From positions 864,001-928,000 of the forward strand of contig CBDAOB010000004.1 of NCBI GenBank assembly GCA_965197905.1: a stretch of DNA of 64,000 nt, given 5' to 3'. Positions 19,640 to 30,148 of this stretch are shown here, piece after piece; position 1 is the stretch's first letter; every line of letters begins with the position of its first letter. A model generated the notes under the pieces. The model was given only the letters and a program-made list of their open reading frames with translations, was not told the DNA's origin and searched no databases. The stretch comes from Candidatus Latescibacterota bacterium (GTDB lineage: Bacteria; Latescibacterota; UBA2968; UBA8231). The translations under genes were made by a program, and so were the position numbers.

Positions 19640-19856
19640 GCACAGACAATAGTCTGATCGTCTTCTTGCGAGTCGTCGCCACTGAACGCTCGCACGTCAC
19701 CGAGTAGCTTCTCCAAGATCCCTGCGGAAAGACCCGCCTAGCAGCCCTGGCGTACCGTCTCCGCCGTCTGATCGAGCCCGAACATATCCCCAGCACTGTT
19801 TCGTGCTTCCATGAGGCCATCGGAGCAGAATGCGAGAGCGCGTTAAGGAGATATCC

Positions 19857-20552
19857 ATGACAAAACCACTCATATCCTCTGAAGTTATCGAGGATCTGCG
19901 TCAGATTGACAGCGCAACGGTTGCCAATGCAATCGAGCATTTCAATCTACGTGATCCAGTCACTGGATATGCTTCCTGGGAGTTGCCATGCCAATTTCCC
20001 AAACTGGCACCCATGGTCGGCTACGCTATAACCTGTACGGCGGACACCACAACTGCTGGCGATAATCGCCCCATGCGGTTGCATGAACTACTGGATATTA
20101 TCCACGATGCACCAAAGCCCGTTGTTTTGGTCGCACAGTACGTGGGACCAGACCGCCAACGCACTTGCCTGATCGGTGATATGTTTGCGGCCACCCTGCA
20201 AAAGCTTGGTGCGGTTGGCGTGGTCACAGAGTTGGGAGGGCGTGATTTTCGGGGCATTGAAGAGCGGGCGCCAGGCTTTCAACTTTTTTGTCCAGGTTCA
20301 GTGGTATCTCACGGATATGGCCTCTATCATGATTTCAACCTGACAGTATCGGTCTGCGGCCTGACAGTCCAACCCGGCGATCTGCTTCACGGCGATGCCA
20401 ACGGGATTGTCCACGTGCCCATTGAAATCGCTGAGGATGTGGTAGCACAGAGCAAACGCGTGCTGGAGGAAGAGGCAGCATTCTTTGATTTTCTGCACAG
20501 TGATGCCTTTAGCTACGAAGGGTTGAAGCAACGTATGGGACGGAAAGACTAG
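19857..20552 (+). CDS. RraA / HMG-aldolase family protein
   Basis: PMVGYAIT, GDMFA, VQPGDLLHGDANG; AAGGAG RBS. Confidence 0.85.
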   Translation: MTKPLISSEVIEDLRQIDSATVANAIEHFNLRDPVTGYASWELPCQFPKLAPMVGYAITCTADTTTAGDNRPMRLHELLDIIHDAPKPVVLVAQYVGPDRQRTCLIGDMFAATLQKLGAVGVVTELGGRDFRGIEERAPGFQLFCPGSVVSHGYGLYHDFNLTVSVCGLTVQPGDLLHGDANGIVHVPIEIAEDVVAQSKRVLEEEAAFFDFLHSDAFSYEGLKQRMGRKD

Positions 20553-20616
20553 ATCGATATCAACCAGAGGACACACAAGTTGTCAATTTATGCCAGCAAC
20601 CTAGAGGAAACTGCTA

Positions 20617-21495
20617 ATGGCTCTAAAATATTCGATCATTATAGACACGCTGGGGACATTCGGTCTCAGCATATGGGATAACCCGCGCGAAGTATTTGAG
20701 CAGGTGGCGCATGCAGGCTACGATGGCGTCGATATCACTGCTGAGCCAGACCGGATTGATTTGAAACGCTATCGTGAAGTCACTGATATAGCCCGATCAG
20801 CAGGATTAGAAGTGGCCGCATTGCTGGGGGCGTGGGCTACTTGGCACGCAGGTGAAGCCAGAGATCTGGGTTCACCTGATGATGCAGTCAGACGCCATGC
20901 CATCGACTATGCCAAGAAGTGTACGAATTTGGCTGTAGAGTTAAATGTGGGGATCTATGAGATCTGCTGTGCGCCCGCCGTCCCCCAATATCCAGCTCAC
21001 GAGACGCCTCTAAACATCGTTCGCGAAAATTTTGTCAAGTCTGCCCGCGAAATCAGTCAGCACGCGGCCGGGCAGGGCGTGAGCGTAGCGATGGAGCCGA
21101 TCAATCGCTTTGAGGGTTATGCAGGCTTTATGAACAGCGTCGTGGATGCCGTGAGTGTGGCAGAAGAGGTCGGTGAAGACAACCTCGGAGTGATGGTAGA
21201 CTTTTTCCATGCCAATATGGAAGATGTCTCCGTTCCCAGCGCGATTCGTTGGGCAGGACCAAGGCTTATGCTCATCCATCTGGCTGACAGCAACCGTCAG
21301 ATGCCGGGTACCGGCCATGTTGATTTCACCCAAGTGATCCGAGAACTTGATGAAATTGACTTTGACGGCTATCTCTCTCTCGATTGCCTCCCAGCCAGAC
21401 CCGATGCCAAGACTTATTTGGAGGGCTCCATTGGCTACATGAAACAATTGGAGCAGGCTGTTGCGGTAGAGCAGCAGTTGGCTGGGACAAGCTAA
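20617..21495 (+). CDS. Sugar phosphate isomerase/epimerase (ketose 3-epimerase-like)
   Basis: EPINRFE, DFFHANME, HLADSNR, PGTGHVDF. Confidence 0.9.
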   Translation: MALKYSIIIDTLGTFGLSIWDNPREVFEQVAHAGYDGVDITAEPDRIDLKRYREVTDIARSAGLEVAALLGAWATWHAGEARDLGSPDDAVRRHAIDYAKKCTNLAVELNVGIYEICCAPAVPQYPAHETPLNIVRENFVKSAREISQHAAGQGVSVAMEPINRFEGYAGFMNSVVDAVSVAEEVGEDNLGVMVDFFHANMEDVSVPSAIRWAGPRLMLIHLADSNRQMPGTGHVDFTQVIRELDEIDFDGYLSLDCLPARPDAKTYLEGSIGYMKQLEQAVAVEQQLAGTS

Positions 21496-21524
21496 TGGAT
21501 CTCAACTCGGCGCTTGCGTGAGCC

Positions 21525-22334
21525 CTATGACTCGGCTGGCACGAATTGTTCGACGATCTTCTTGAAACTCGGCTGCAGCCCCTTCTCCCTTATCTCCATC
21601 AGTTCAACCGTCTCCTCATCCAGTTCAATCCCATGCTCTTGCGCTGTCGCCACCGCCTCCATATCGCCGCGATAGGTGTCCTGCGGTACGAATGTGTAGA
21701 AGATACATCTTCTGTCCCTGTCTTCGGGCACCCACTTGAAGGCAGCGTGCAGCAGTCGGAGAGGCATGATGATGGCGTCGCCCGCCTTTACCGGAATGTT
21801 GACTGCACCTAAGCCGTCCAGCGCCTTAGGCGAGTCTTTCTTGGGGTAGACGAACGTCGATTTGTGTGAGCCCGGAAGAACGACGAGGCCGCCGTCGCCC
21901 GGCTCTACGTCTGTGAAGTAGACGGCAATGAAAAAGAGATCGCAGAAGATAGATCGAGTCTCAAAACTGGAATAGAATCCTGGTGCGTTTTCGACCCTGT
22001 ACCAATTTATTTCCTTCTGGCCGTGAAAGCCGTGTTCAGTATGCGAGGCGCCGTTGATCATCAAGCCGCCGCCGGTGAGGCGCGGCATGTTGTTGAGGAG
22101 CTCACATGCATACTTCAACATCTTGGGAGATCTCGGTATCCGTTCCAGAACCTTGTCGTAGAGGAAGGCGCCGGGATATTTGTCACCATATCCAGAATCC
22201 TTGTATAGATGCGAGCAGTTCTCGACGATCTTTTCTGTTGCCTCGAACGCTTTGGCTGTGGTTGCCTTGTCGATCATAGCCTCTACTTTGAGGAATCCAA
22301 GAGTATCGAACAAGTAGAGTTCTTCGTCTGTCAT
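21525..22334 (-). CDS. PhyH family dioxygenase
   Basis: MTDEELYLFDTLGFL, GGLVVLPGSHK. Confidence 0.8.
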   Translation of the reverse strand: MTDEELYLFDTLGFLKVEAMIDKATTAKAFEATEKIVENCSHLYKDSGYGDKYPGAFLYDKVLERIPRSPKMLKYACELLNNMPRLTGGGLMINGASHTEHGFHGQKEINWYRVENAPGFYSSFETRSIFCDLFFIAVYFTDVEPGDGGLVVLPGSHKSTFVYPKKDSPKALDGLGAVNIPVKAGDAIIMPLRLLHAAFKWVPEDRDRRCIFYTFVPQDTYRGDMEAVATAQEHGIELDEETVELMEIREKGLQPSFKKIVEQFVPAES

Positions 22335-22431
22335 GATTCGTCCTTTATCTGTGGGATTGCGAAAACAACCGATCGACAATAAACCAAAAAATGCTGGCTG
22401 TCGAGGAGGTCGCCCGAGTGAAAAAAAGACT

Positions 22432-22570
22432 GTCACCCTGATCAATTCCGGCATCGGCGCCAACGGCATATCCACTCTCAGCCCGAATTACAAGGGCGGC
22501 GGCAAACCCGCCGGCCTCGGAGCGACTCGACAGCCGTGTGATCGCCCATCAGCCCGACCTGCTCGTCATC
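22432..22570 (+). pseudogene. SGNH/GDSL hydrolase internal fragment
   Basis: VTLINSGIGAN...AGL/ERLDSRVIAHQPDLLVI. Confidence 0.6.
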
Positions 22571-22740
22571 AGGCTGAGCAATTTCGTCATCGAACCGGGA
22601 AAGAAGCTGGACTCCGGAGTAGTTTGACACAGATTTGGATAAACTTAGTGATTAATCGTAAGTTAAAACCCGCAAAATAGAGAAAATACGCACCCGGCGC
22701 ACCCGGCGCCGAGCAGCGATCACTAAACCGAAAGCAGCGT

Positions 22741-24821
22741 ATGGGGCGCGAGCTAGCACCACAACGAGTAAAGATCCCGTTCGGCCAGGCTGTGCGAATG
22801 GTAGGCCCGTATGCCGGGAACAAGATTGTCGAGCAGATCCGCAGCATATCACTGATCGTTGCTTACCTAGTGTTGTTCCAGCTGGTCGTGCTCGGCATAC
22901 CGGTGGCTAGTGCGACCGTGGTGGCGCTGGGCATCGGCGTGGTAATCCTCGGACTAGCCCTCTTCATGGAGGGGCTGTTCCTCGGTCTCATGCCCCTCGG
23001 CGAAATCTGTGGGATCATGCTGCCGCAGAAAACAGTGCTGCCGGTGATCCTGATCTTCGCCTTCATTGTCGGCCTTGGCGCAACCTTTGCAGAGCCGGCC
23101 ATCGGCGTGCTCAAAACCGCGGGTTTCTCGGTGAAGGCGTGGAACGCCCCGCTGTTGTTCCTGCTTCTGAACAAACATTCTGCGATCCTCGTATGGGCCG
23201 TGGGTGGCGGCGTCGGCTTAGCGGTGCTGTTCGGAATGCTGCGCTTTCTCTATCACTGGTCGCTGAAGCCGTTCATCTTCGTTCTCTATGCCGTCATCGG
23301 ATCGGTCTCCATCTGGGCGTTTTTCGATCCCAATCTGGTCCATATCACCGGGTTGGCCTGGGACTGCGGCGCCGTGACCACTGGACCGGTAACGGTGCCC
23401 CTGGTGCTGGCGCTGGGTATCGGCATTTCCCGGGTCGCCTCTCAAGGCGAAGGCGGCACCGCCGGCGGTTTCGGCGTGGTGACCCTGGCTTCCGCCTTTC
23501 CCATCCTTGCGGTTCTCAGCCTCGGTCTGTTATTGCAACCCGGCACCCTGCTGCCCATGAGCGATGTCGAATTCTCGAGCCTCCGCAATCGCGATCAGGC
23601 ACTGCAGCTGTTCAGCGACAAGAACGAGCTGACGGGTTATGTGCTTCGCAACGGCAGTCCCCAGGGACGGGTTGCTTTCTTTGGCGACAAAGATGCGCTG
23701 AACGATGAAGTCGTCAGACTCGCTGGCGATGCAGCCGAACAAACGGCAACCTTTGGCACCACCTTGGCGTTCGAGCACTGGCTGCTGACCAGCGCTACTC
23801 ACGAGCAGCGTTTGCGTGTCTACGGCTCCGAGGAACGCGTACGCGAGAAGGTCGGGGCGCTGACCGATGCTCTCGAAGGTCAGGTCGACACAGCGGAATT
23901 GCTTATGGGGAACACCCTCGCGGCCGCACAGGCGATCATCCCGTTGAGTCTGTTCCTCATTCTAGTTTTGCTGGTCATCCTGCGCGAGAGAATCAGGCGA
24001 GCGGACGAGATGGTTCTGGGTCTCGTACTGGCGGTAATGGGGATGTCGCTGTTCAGCATCGGCATCGAGCTCGGCCTGTCCCGCCTGGGCAGCGAGATCG
24101 GCACCAATCTGCCTTCGTCCTTCAAAGCTGTGGAGATGGGTCAGGAGAAGACTGTCATCCGCAATTTCGATCCGGGCATCGTCTCGCGGGCCATCACGCC
24201 AGGAGGGGAGCTGCAGGAGTTTTTCACGAGCAAAACCGAAGACGGCTATGAGGTGCTACCCTACGCGCCCGAGAACTTCGACGGTAGCACCGGCCGATAT
24301 TCCTTCACGCCGCTAAGCGGGCCGCTGTTTGAAGGATTTTTCGGCGTTTTGGTGGTCGTGTTTTTCGGGTTCATGATGGGTTACAGCGCGACCCTGGCAG
24401 AACCGGCGCTGAACGCATTGGGCACCACGGTGGAAGAGCTGACCGTGGGCACCTTCCGCAAGACGCTGTTGATGCAGGCCGTCGCCATCGGCGTCGGCAT
24501 CGCTCTCGGGGTCGCGCCAAGATCATCTACGACTGGCCGCTGATCTGGATCCTGGTGCCCCCGTACGCTGTTTTGATGGTTCTTACCGTGATCTCCGGCG
24601 AGGACTTTGTTAACATCGGGTGGGACAGTGCCGGAGTAACGACGGGGCCAGTTACGGTGCCACTCGTGCTGGCCATGGGGTTGGGTATAAGCGCTCAAGT
24701 GGGCAGCGTCGAAGGTTTCGGCATTCTCGCTCTCGCCTCGGTCTGTCCGATCCTGGCAGTTCTCCTCGTGGGTCTCCACGTTACTCATCGCCGACGCGAG
24801 GAAGTGGAATCGGCGTCATGA
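22741..24821 (+). CDS. DUF1538 membrane protein (two domains fused), frameshift near 24520
   Basis: Duplicated motifs ATFAEPA/ATLAEPA and WDCGAVTTGPVTVP/WDSAGVTTGPVTVP. Confidence 0.85.
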
Positions 24822-24843
24822 CCTACCGTTCTCCGAGACCGTT

Positions 24844-25959
24844 ATGGACACTGTAGAAGCGGCCCAGGTTACCTGCACCATCTACAATCCGGTAACGGAC
24901 AAGGCGCTGGAGATCATGAGGGCCCTGGACGTGCAAGAGTATCATCTGCAACCCAGTCGCGCGGTCGTTCTCAAGCGCCGGTCGGGGTTCATGGGTATCG
25001 GGGCCGGAATCGTGCTGGAAGAGGAGCCAGCGGACAAACTTATTTTCTATGTCCCGTTGGCCAATGCCAAAGCCGCCGTGCAAGCACTGGTGGCCGCGTG
25101 CGACCTGAGCATTCCGGGCCACGGCAGCGCCGTTTACGAGGAGGTGGAGATCGGCCGTGGATCCGCCTGGGAACAGCATCCGTTAGCCCCAATTGCCGGC
25201 TCGGAGAACATCGTCACCGAGGAAAACCTCGCCAGCCTTACCTGCACGGTGCAGCGGGGCCGCGCCGACAGGATCGTCAAAGCGGTGCTCGGATTGGGGG
25301 TCCCCATGCCGCAGGTCACCACCGGCGAAGGCACGGGGCTGCGGGACAAGTTGGGACTGATCCGAGTCGCCATGCCGGCCGGAAAGGATGTGGTGCACGC
25401 CGTTGCTTCGGATCACGAAGCCACCGACATACTTGGATCACTGGTCGACACCGCCCGGTTGGACCGTTTCGGTTCCGGCTTTATCTACGAGTCGCCCATC
25501 GCAGGCGGTGTGGTCAATAACATGGTCATTCGTGGTCAGCGGCACTCCGCTAGCATCGAGCAGCTGATCGGCGCGGTCGATAAGTTGATGGGATCGACCG
25601 ACTGGCGCAAACGATCGCTGGGCGGCGACGATCCCATCAAGAGAAACAAGTACCTGTACGACCTGGTCAGCTTGACCCTCATCTGCAACGAAGGCCGCGC
25701 CAGCGATCTGGTGCGCGCGGCGCTGGCTGCGGGGGCCGGAGGGGCGACGATCAGCAAGGCGCGGCACGCCCGCATGGATGGAGCCGCCACCCCGGTATCC
25801 GCAGCGCGCGAGGTGACTGAGCTGGTCATCGGCAAAGATATCGTCGAGGAGATTTCCTCCGGCCTGGAAGCGGCCGGGGTATTCGACGAAGAGGCGGCCG
25901 GGTTTGTCGCCTTCAAACCGGTGACGGTCGCCTGCACCCACCCCACTGTCGATCGCTGA
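24844..25959 (+). CDS. Protein with three tandem P-II-like domains
   Basis: 371 aa; GEGTGLRDKLGL, GHGSAVY, GSGFIY, AGAGGATI; follows the DUF1538 gene. Confidence 0.7.
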   Translation: MDTVEAAQVTCTIYNPVTDKALEIMRALDVQEYHLQPSRAVVLKRRSGFMGIGAGIVLEEEPADKLIFYVPLANAKAAVQALVAACDLSIPGHGSAVYEEVEIGRGSAWEQHPLAPIAGSENIVTEENLASLTCTVQRGRADRIVKAVLGLGVPMPQVTTGEGTGLRDKLGLIRVAMPAGKDVVHAVASDHEATDILGSLVDTARLDRFGSGFIYESPIAGGVVNNMVIRGQRHSASIEQLIGAVDKLMGSTDWRKRSLGGDDPIKRNKYLYDLVSLTLICNEGRASDLVRAALAAGAGGATISKARHARMDGAATPVSAAREVTELVIGKDIVEEISSGLEAAGVFDEEAAGFVAFKPVTVACTHPTVDR

Positions 25960-26038
25960 GGAAGCCTATTCGCGGCGACCCGCCCTATTCAACGCTGGCT
26001 CGATGCGGCATCGCACCGTTATCCAGAGCAACTGAACC

Positions 26039-26674
26039 ATGAAAGAGCTTGCGCCCGGTCTGTTTCACTGGCGGGTTATCTGGCCGGAAATCTGGTCGCT
26101 GGAGTGCTACTTCCTGCAAACAGATGCGGGCAGCGTGATCATCGATCCGATAGAGCCCGGCATCGGACCGATCAACGGGGCGACAGACGTAAAGGCCGTC
26201 ATCATCTCCATCGGGTGGCACGAGCGATCCGCGCGCTTGTTCGCCAAGCGAACTGGAGCACCACTCTTCGTGCCGGAAAGGGATGTGTGTATGATCGAGG
26301 ATCTGGATGACATCGAGACATACGGCGACGGAGACGTCCTCCCGGGCGGAATCAGGGCGGTGGGCGCACCCGGTCTGACGCGCGGGGAACAAGTGCTGTA
26401 CTCAGAGACGAACGGCGGCACCATCTTCGCAGGCGACTGTCTCGGCACAACGGCCAAGTGGGCTCCCGGCGACATGATCCTCGGTGGTCATCCAAATGGT
26501 CATCCCCAACCCAGGGCGACGCTATCCCACTTGAGGGATCTGGATTTCCAGAATCTCTGTCCGGGCCACGGAGATGCCTTGATCGGCGATGGCAAGGACC
26601 GACTGATCGAGCTGTTCGAGTCGGGGGAGTCGACGTCGAAAGAACCGCCGAAAGTCAGCTACTTTCCTCTTTAG
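26039..26674 (+). CDS. Metallo-beta-lactamase-fold protein with a degenerate metal motif
   Basis: VIIDP, WHERSA, FAGD, LCPGHG. Confidence 0.7.
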   Translation: MKELAPGLFHWRVIWPEIWSLECYFLQTDAGSVIIDPIEPGIGPINGATDVKAVIISIGWHERSARLFAKRTGAPLFVPERDVCMIEDLDDIETYGDGDVLPGGIRAVGAPGLTRGEQVLYSETNGGTIFAGDCLGTTAKWAPGDMILGGHPNGHPQPRATLSHLRDLDFQNLCPGHGDALIGDGKDRLIELFESGESTSKEPPKVSYFPL

Positions 26675-26696
26675 ACCAGAGGGAGATCTACCGCAA

Positions 26697-28250
26697 ATGG
26701 TAGAGCCTATCGCACTGACAAACCGAAAGCAGCTGTTCATTGACAGCAGATGGTTTGCCAAGAGCCACGGAGTCGCTCTGCGAGTCAATCCACCGACAAA
26801 AGCCGATATGGTGTTTGTCCCGGAAAAGCCCTGGGAAGGCACGATATCTCCCTATTCAAACATCGTTGAGCACGAGGGCATCTACAAGATGTGGTATCTC
26901 GCGCATCGCGTGGATGCGAGCAACAAAAAACCCGGAGACGCAGCCTGCACCTGCTATGCGGAAAGCACCAATGGGATAGACTGGGAGCGGCTGAACCTTG
27001 GCTTGTTTTCTTTCGAGGGCGTTGCAGACACCAACATAGTCATGCCGGGTGCCAGTCCTTTCGTCATGATCGATCCCACTGGTCCCGATGAACACCGGTA
27101 CAAGTCACTATCATCGGTGAAAGAAACGGATCGGTGGTCACAGACAGAAGGATGCATAGGGAGCGCGTACGCGTATCTGGAAAGCGAAAAACGCTGGGTA
27201 GAGAAAACCAGAGAAGAAGGGGGAAGAGGATACAAAGAGCTCTACCTGTGTACCAGTGCCGATGGCCTGCGTTGGAACGTCCATCATCCGGGTGCCCTGC
27301 CGTTCTACCACGATTCTCACAATCAGGTGGGATACGATACCAGGCTGCGGAAATACGTTGCTTATGTGCGCTGGCACCAGAAGGGGCGTGCCGTATCGAG
27401 AACGGAATTCGACGATCCCATGGTGCTACCCTGGCCGTTCAGGGAGAACCTGAAAGCAGAGCGAGGACCGGGAAATTCGAGGGCACGAGTAGGGGATGAG
27501 ATGCAGGTGGTGCTGGACCGTGACGAAGCAGATCCGGTGGATACGGATCTGTATACGCCTGGTGTCCACCAATATCCCTGGGCAGCGGACGCATATTTTT
27601 CGTTCACCACTCCGTACAGGCACTATCTGGTCGGTGACACATCCGATACTACGACGCGGGGAAAGGACGAACGGGGACGATACCGCAACGACGGACCGAT
27701 AGATGTCCAGCTGGCCGTCAGTCGCGATGGAATCGACTTCTCGCGGCCCGATAGAAAACCATATGTTGGCCTGGGCATTGAGGGCAGTCATGACGGCGGA
27801 CAGGTGTACATGATGCATGGCATGGTCAGGAAAGGTGATGAGATCTGGCAATACTACGTAGGCTCGCCGGTTACTCATGGAGTCGAATCAGCGCAGAAGT
27901 CGAGTGGCATTCGTCGAGTAGTCCAGCGCCTGGACGGATTCATGTCTGCCGATGCGGAGTACACCGGAGCAGATTTCACTACACCCCTACTGACCTTTAC
28001 CGGTAGCGAATTGACAATCAACGTAGATTGCTCCGCTATGGGCGAAGTGTGGGTGGAGATCCGAGACGACTGGAACCATCCCATCCCGGGCTATACGCTG
28101 GACGAGGCGATCAGTATCGACCGGAACCATGTTGCGGCAAAAGTGAGGTGGCGAGACAGAGATACGGTTGAACCCCTCATCGGCCGCCCCGTACGGCTGC
28201 ATTTCAAGCTGCGGGCATGCAAGCTGTATGCGTTTCAGTTCGTCGACTAG
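26697..28250 (+). CDS. Beta-propeller glycoside-hydrolase-like protein, paralogue 2
   Basis: QLFIDS, STNGIDW, SRDGIDF, RLDGF, LYAFQF. Confidence 0.7.
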   Translation: MVEPIALTNRKQLFIDSRWFAKSHGVALRVNPPTKADMVFVPEKPWEGTISPYSNIVEHEGIYKMWYLAHRVDASNKKPGDAACTCYAESTNGIDWERLNLGLFSFEGVADTNIVMPGASPFVMIDPTGPDEHRYKSLSSVKETDRWSQTEGCIGSAYAYLESEKRWVEKTREEGGRGYKELYLCTSADGLRWNVHHPGALPFYHDSHNQVGYDTRLRKYVAYVRWHQKGRAVSRTEFDDPMVLPWPFRENLKAERGPGNSRARVGDEMQVVLDRDEADPVDTDLYTPGVHQYPWAADAYFSFTTPYRHYLVGDTSDTTTRGKDERGRYRNDGPIDVQLAVSRDGIDFSRPDRKPYVGLGIEGSHDGGQVYMMHGMVRKGDEIWQYYVGSPVTHGVESAQKSSGIRRVVQRLDGFMSADAEYTGADFTTPLLTFTGSELTINVDCSAMGEVWVEIRDDWNHPIPGYTLDEAISIDRNHVAAKVRWRDRDTVEPLIGRPVRLHFKLRACKLYAFQFVD

Positions 28251-28416
28251 GAGCGTGTCCGAGTATCCCATTTGAGCTGCCGGGGCGTCATTGCTGCCCC
28301 TGTCTGCGTTGCGCTTCTCTCTCTGAATTCCCCAATTCAGATCGCTCACGCGCCTTGCCATCGACAACAATGACGCCCCCTCGCTTGTCAAAGCGAATAC
28401 TCGGACACGCTCCTAG
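28247..28416. mobile_element. MITE with 16-bp terminal inverted repeats and flanking CTAG
   Basis: CTAG-GAGCGTGTCCGAGTAT ... ATACTCGGACACGCTC-CTAG, perfect. Confidence 0.8.
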
Positions 28417-28442
28417 GCCGTGGTGCTGAGAAGGGGGTGAGA

Positions 28443-28805
28443 ATGGAGAGATTACTGGTGGTAAGGCATGGGGAGAGAGAAGACACAGATCCTGCTTGGC
28501 GGAGTACGGCGGCAAGACCGTTTGATCCTGGATTGACCGAGAAGGGCCGATCGCAGGCAATGCGATTGGCGCAACGATTGGCAGCGGACAAGATCACTCG
28601 GATCTACTCGTCACCCTACCTCAGAGTGGTGGAACTCGGCCCCGGCGAATAGGCAGATTGCTCCGGTGAGGTGTACTTGCCGCAACATGACCTACCATAG
28701 CCGAAGTGACGAAGTCACAGACCGGCCTCGGCGAGATGTTATGCCCGGACGTTCCGTCGGCTCCGGAGATACTTCCCGTGGCCCAGTTGCAGGAACGCTT
28801 CACAT
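28443..28805 (+). pseudogene. Histidine phosphatase (PGM family), interrupted and truncated
   Basis: VVRHGE...LTEKG..QA...IYSSPYLR; apparent resumption TGLGEML..PEILPVAQLQERF after the 45-bp repeat. Confidence 0.7.
28658..28702 (+). repeat. 45-bp direct repeat, copy 1
   Basis: TTGCTC(C/A)GGTGAGGTGTACTTGCCGCAACATGACCTACCATAGCC; 44/45 to 30079-30123. Confidence 0.95.
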
Positions 28806-29181
28806 TTGGATGCGTGACCGCTGCCGGTGCCTCCCGCTGCGGCGATCTAACGCCTATCGCAGCAACAGCAGTTTACGGGTTTTCACCTGTCCTTCTGCCG
28901 TCCGCAATCTCATACAAAACCCCACTGGACAGATAGCGTCCGTCGCCGTCGCGACCATCCCAACGCGCAGCGTGCGTTCCGGCTTCCAGTGTGCCCTGCA
29001 CGAGGGTTTGCGACTGCCTGCTTCGGCCCTCTGCTAGAGGTTAGGGCCATCTGGCGACTATCTGATTGAGCGGGCAGACCTCGGTGTACCAGTGTCCGGC
29101 GTTGGTTCTTCTTAGCTTCGGTCGGAGGCCGACATCTTGCCGAAGTTGGTTAAACGGTGCATGGCCTTCGAGCCCTCCGGT

Positions 29182-29217
29182 TTGCATGACCTCGCCCCTT
29201 CCTTACATTACAGTAAG
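29182..29217 (+). promoter_or_regulatory. Putative TA promoter and operator
   Basis: TTGCAT...TACATT overlapped by the palindrome CTTAC-attaca-GTAAG. Confidence 0.45.
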
Positions 29218-29239
29218 AAGACTAAGTAAGGAGGATCAA

Positions 29240-29473
29240 ATGTTGGCAACGCTCACCAGCAAAGGCCAAGTAACCGTTCCCAGCGAGATCAGGAAACGCC
29301 TGAAATTGCAACCTGGCGACCGGCTGGATTTCGTCCTTCACGAGGACGGTCATATTGAGGTGGTGCCCATGCGCGGTAGCATCACTGAACTGAAGGGAAT
29401 GGTGCCGAGCCCGGCCAAAATCGTTCGACTCGAGGACATGGACGCGGCCATAGCAGATGCCAGCCGCGGATGA
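29240..29473 (+). CDS. vapB: AbrB/MazE-type antitoxin
   Basis: MLATLTSKGQVTVPSEIRKRLKLQPGD; AGGAGG RBS. Confidence 0.9.
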   Translation: MLATLTSKGQVTVPSEIRKRLKLQPGDRLDFVLHEDGHIEVVPMRGSITELKGMVPSPAKIVRLEDMDAAIADASRG

Positions 29474-29871
29474 TCGGGATCGACACCAACGTTCTGGTGC
29501 GATACATCGTGCAGGACGACCCCGACCAGTCACGTGCGGCCGTCCGGTTCCTCGAATCAACCTGCTCTTCAGAGCGGCCAGGTTGGATATGCCTGATCGT
29601 GCTGTGCGAGCTCGTGTGGGTTCTGACGCGAGCGTATGGATACCGCCGCGCGACGGTGGCAGATGTGCTCGAGCAGTTGCTGAGCACAACCGAGTTGCGA
29701 GTTGAGCAATCGACTGTCGCCTGGCGGTCGGCGCGAGATTTCAGATCCGGTAATGCCGAATTCGCTGACTATCTGATCGGTCATCTCAACGCCCACCACG
29801 GCGTCGACTATACGATCACGTTCGATCGCAGAGCTGCCGATCAAGATTCCTTTCGACATCTGGCTACCTGA
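29470..29871 (+). CDS. vapC: PIN-domain toxin
   Basis: MIGIDTNVLVR, CELVWVL, FADYLI, TFD; ATGA overlap. Confidence 0.9.
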   Translation: MIGIDTNVLVRYIVQDDPDQSRAAVRFLESTCSSERPGWICLIVLCELVWVLTRAYGYRRATVADVLEQLLSTTELRVEQSTVAWRSARDFRSGNAEFADYLIGHLNAHHGVDYTITFDRRAADQDSFRHLAT

Positions 29872-30078
29872 TGGTGCCGGAAGAAGAGCGCGCTGGCAAT
29901 CTACTCGATCAGCCTCTGTAGGTTGGACGTTGTCAGAAGGTCTGCTTTGGACGTGTGTCTTCGAGGAAGGGGCCTCGAGCGTGTCCTGCAGTTGACGCGG
30001 ACATTCAGCTGGACTGGGTAGGAGGGCCGAGTAACGCGTTGCTGAGCTATCAGCTGCCTGGAAGCTTAAAAACTCCTG

Positions 30079-30123
30079 TTGCTCAGGTGAGGTGTACTTG
30101 CCGCAACATGACCTACCATAGCC
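30079..30123 (+). repeat. 45-bp direct repeat, copy 2
   Basis: Matches 28658-28702. Confidence 0.95.
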
Positions 30124-30148
30124 CGATCAGATCGTAAGAGCCCCTTGT

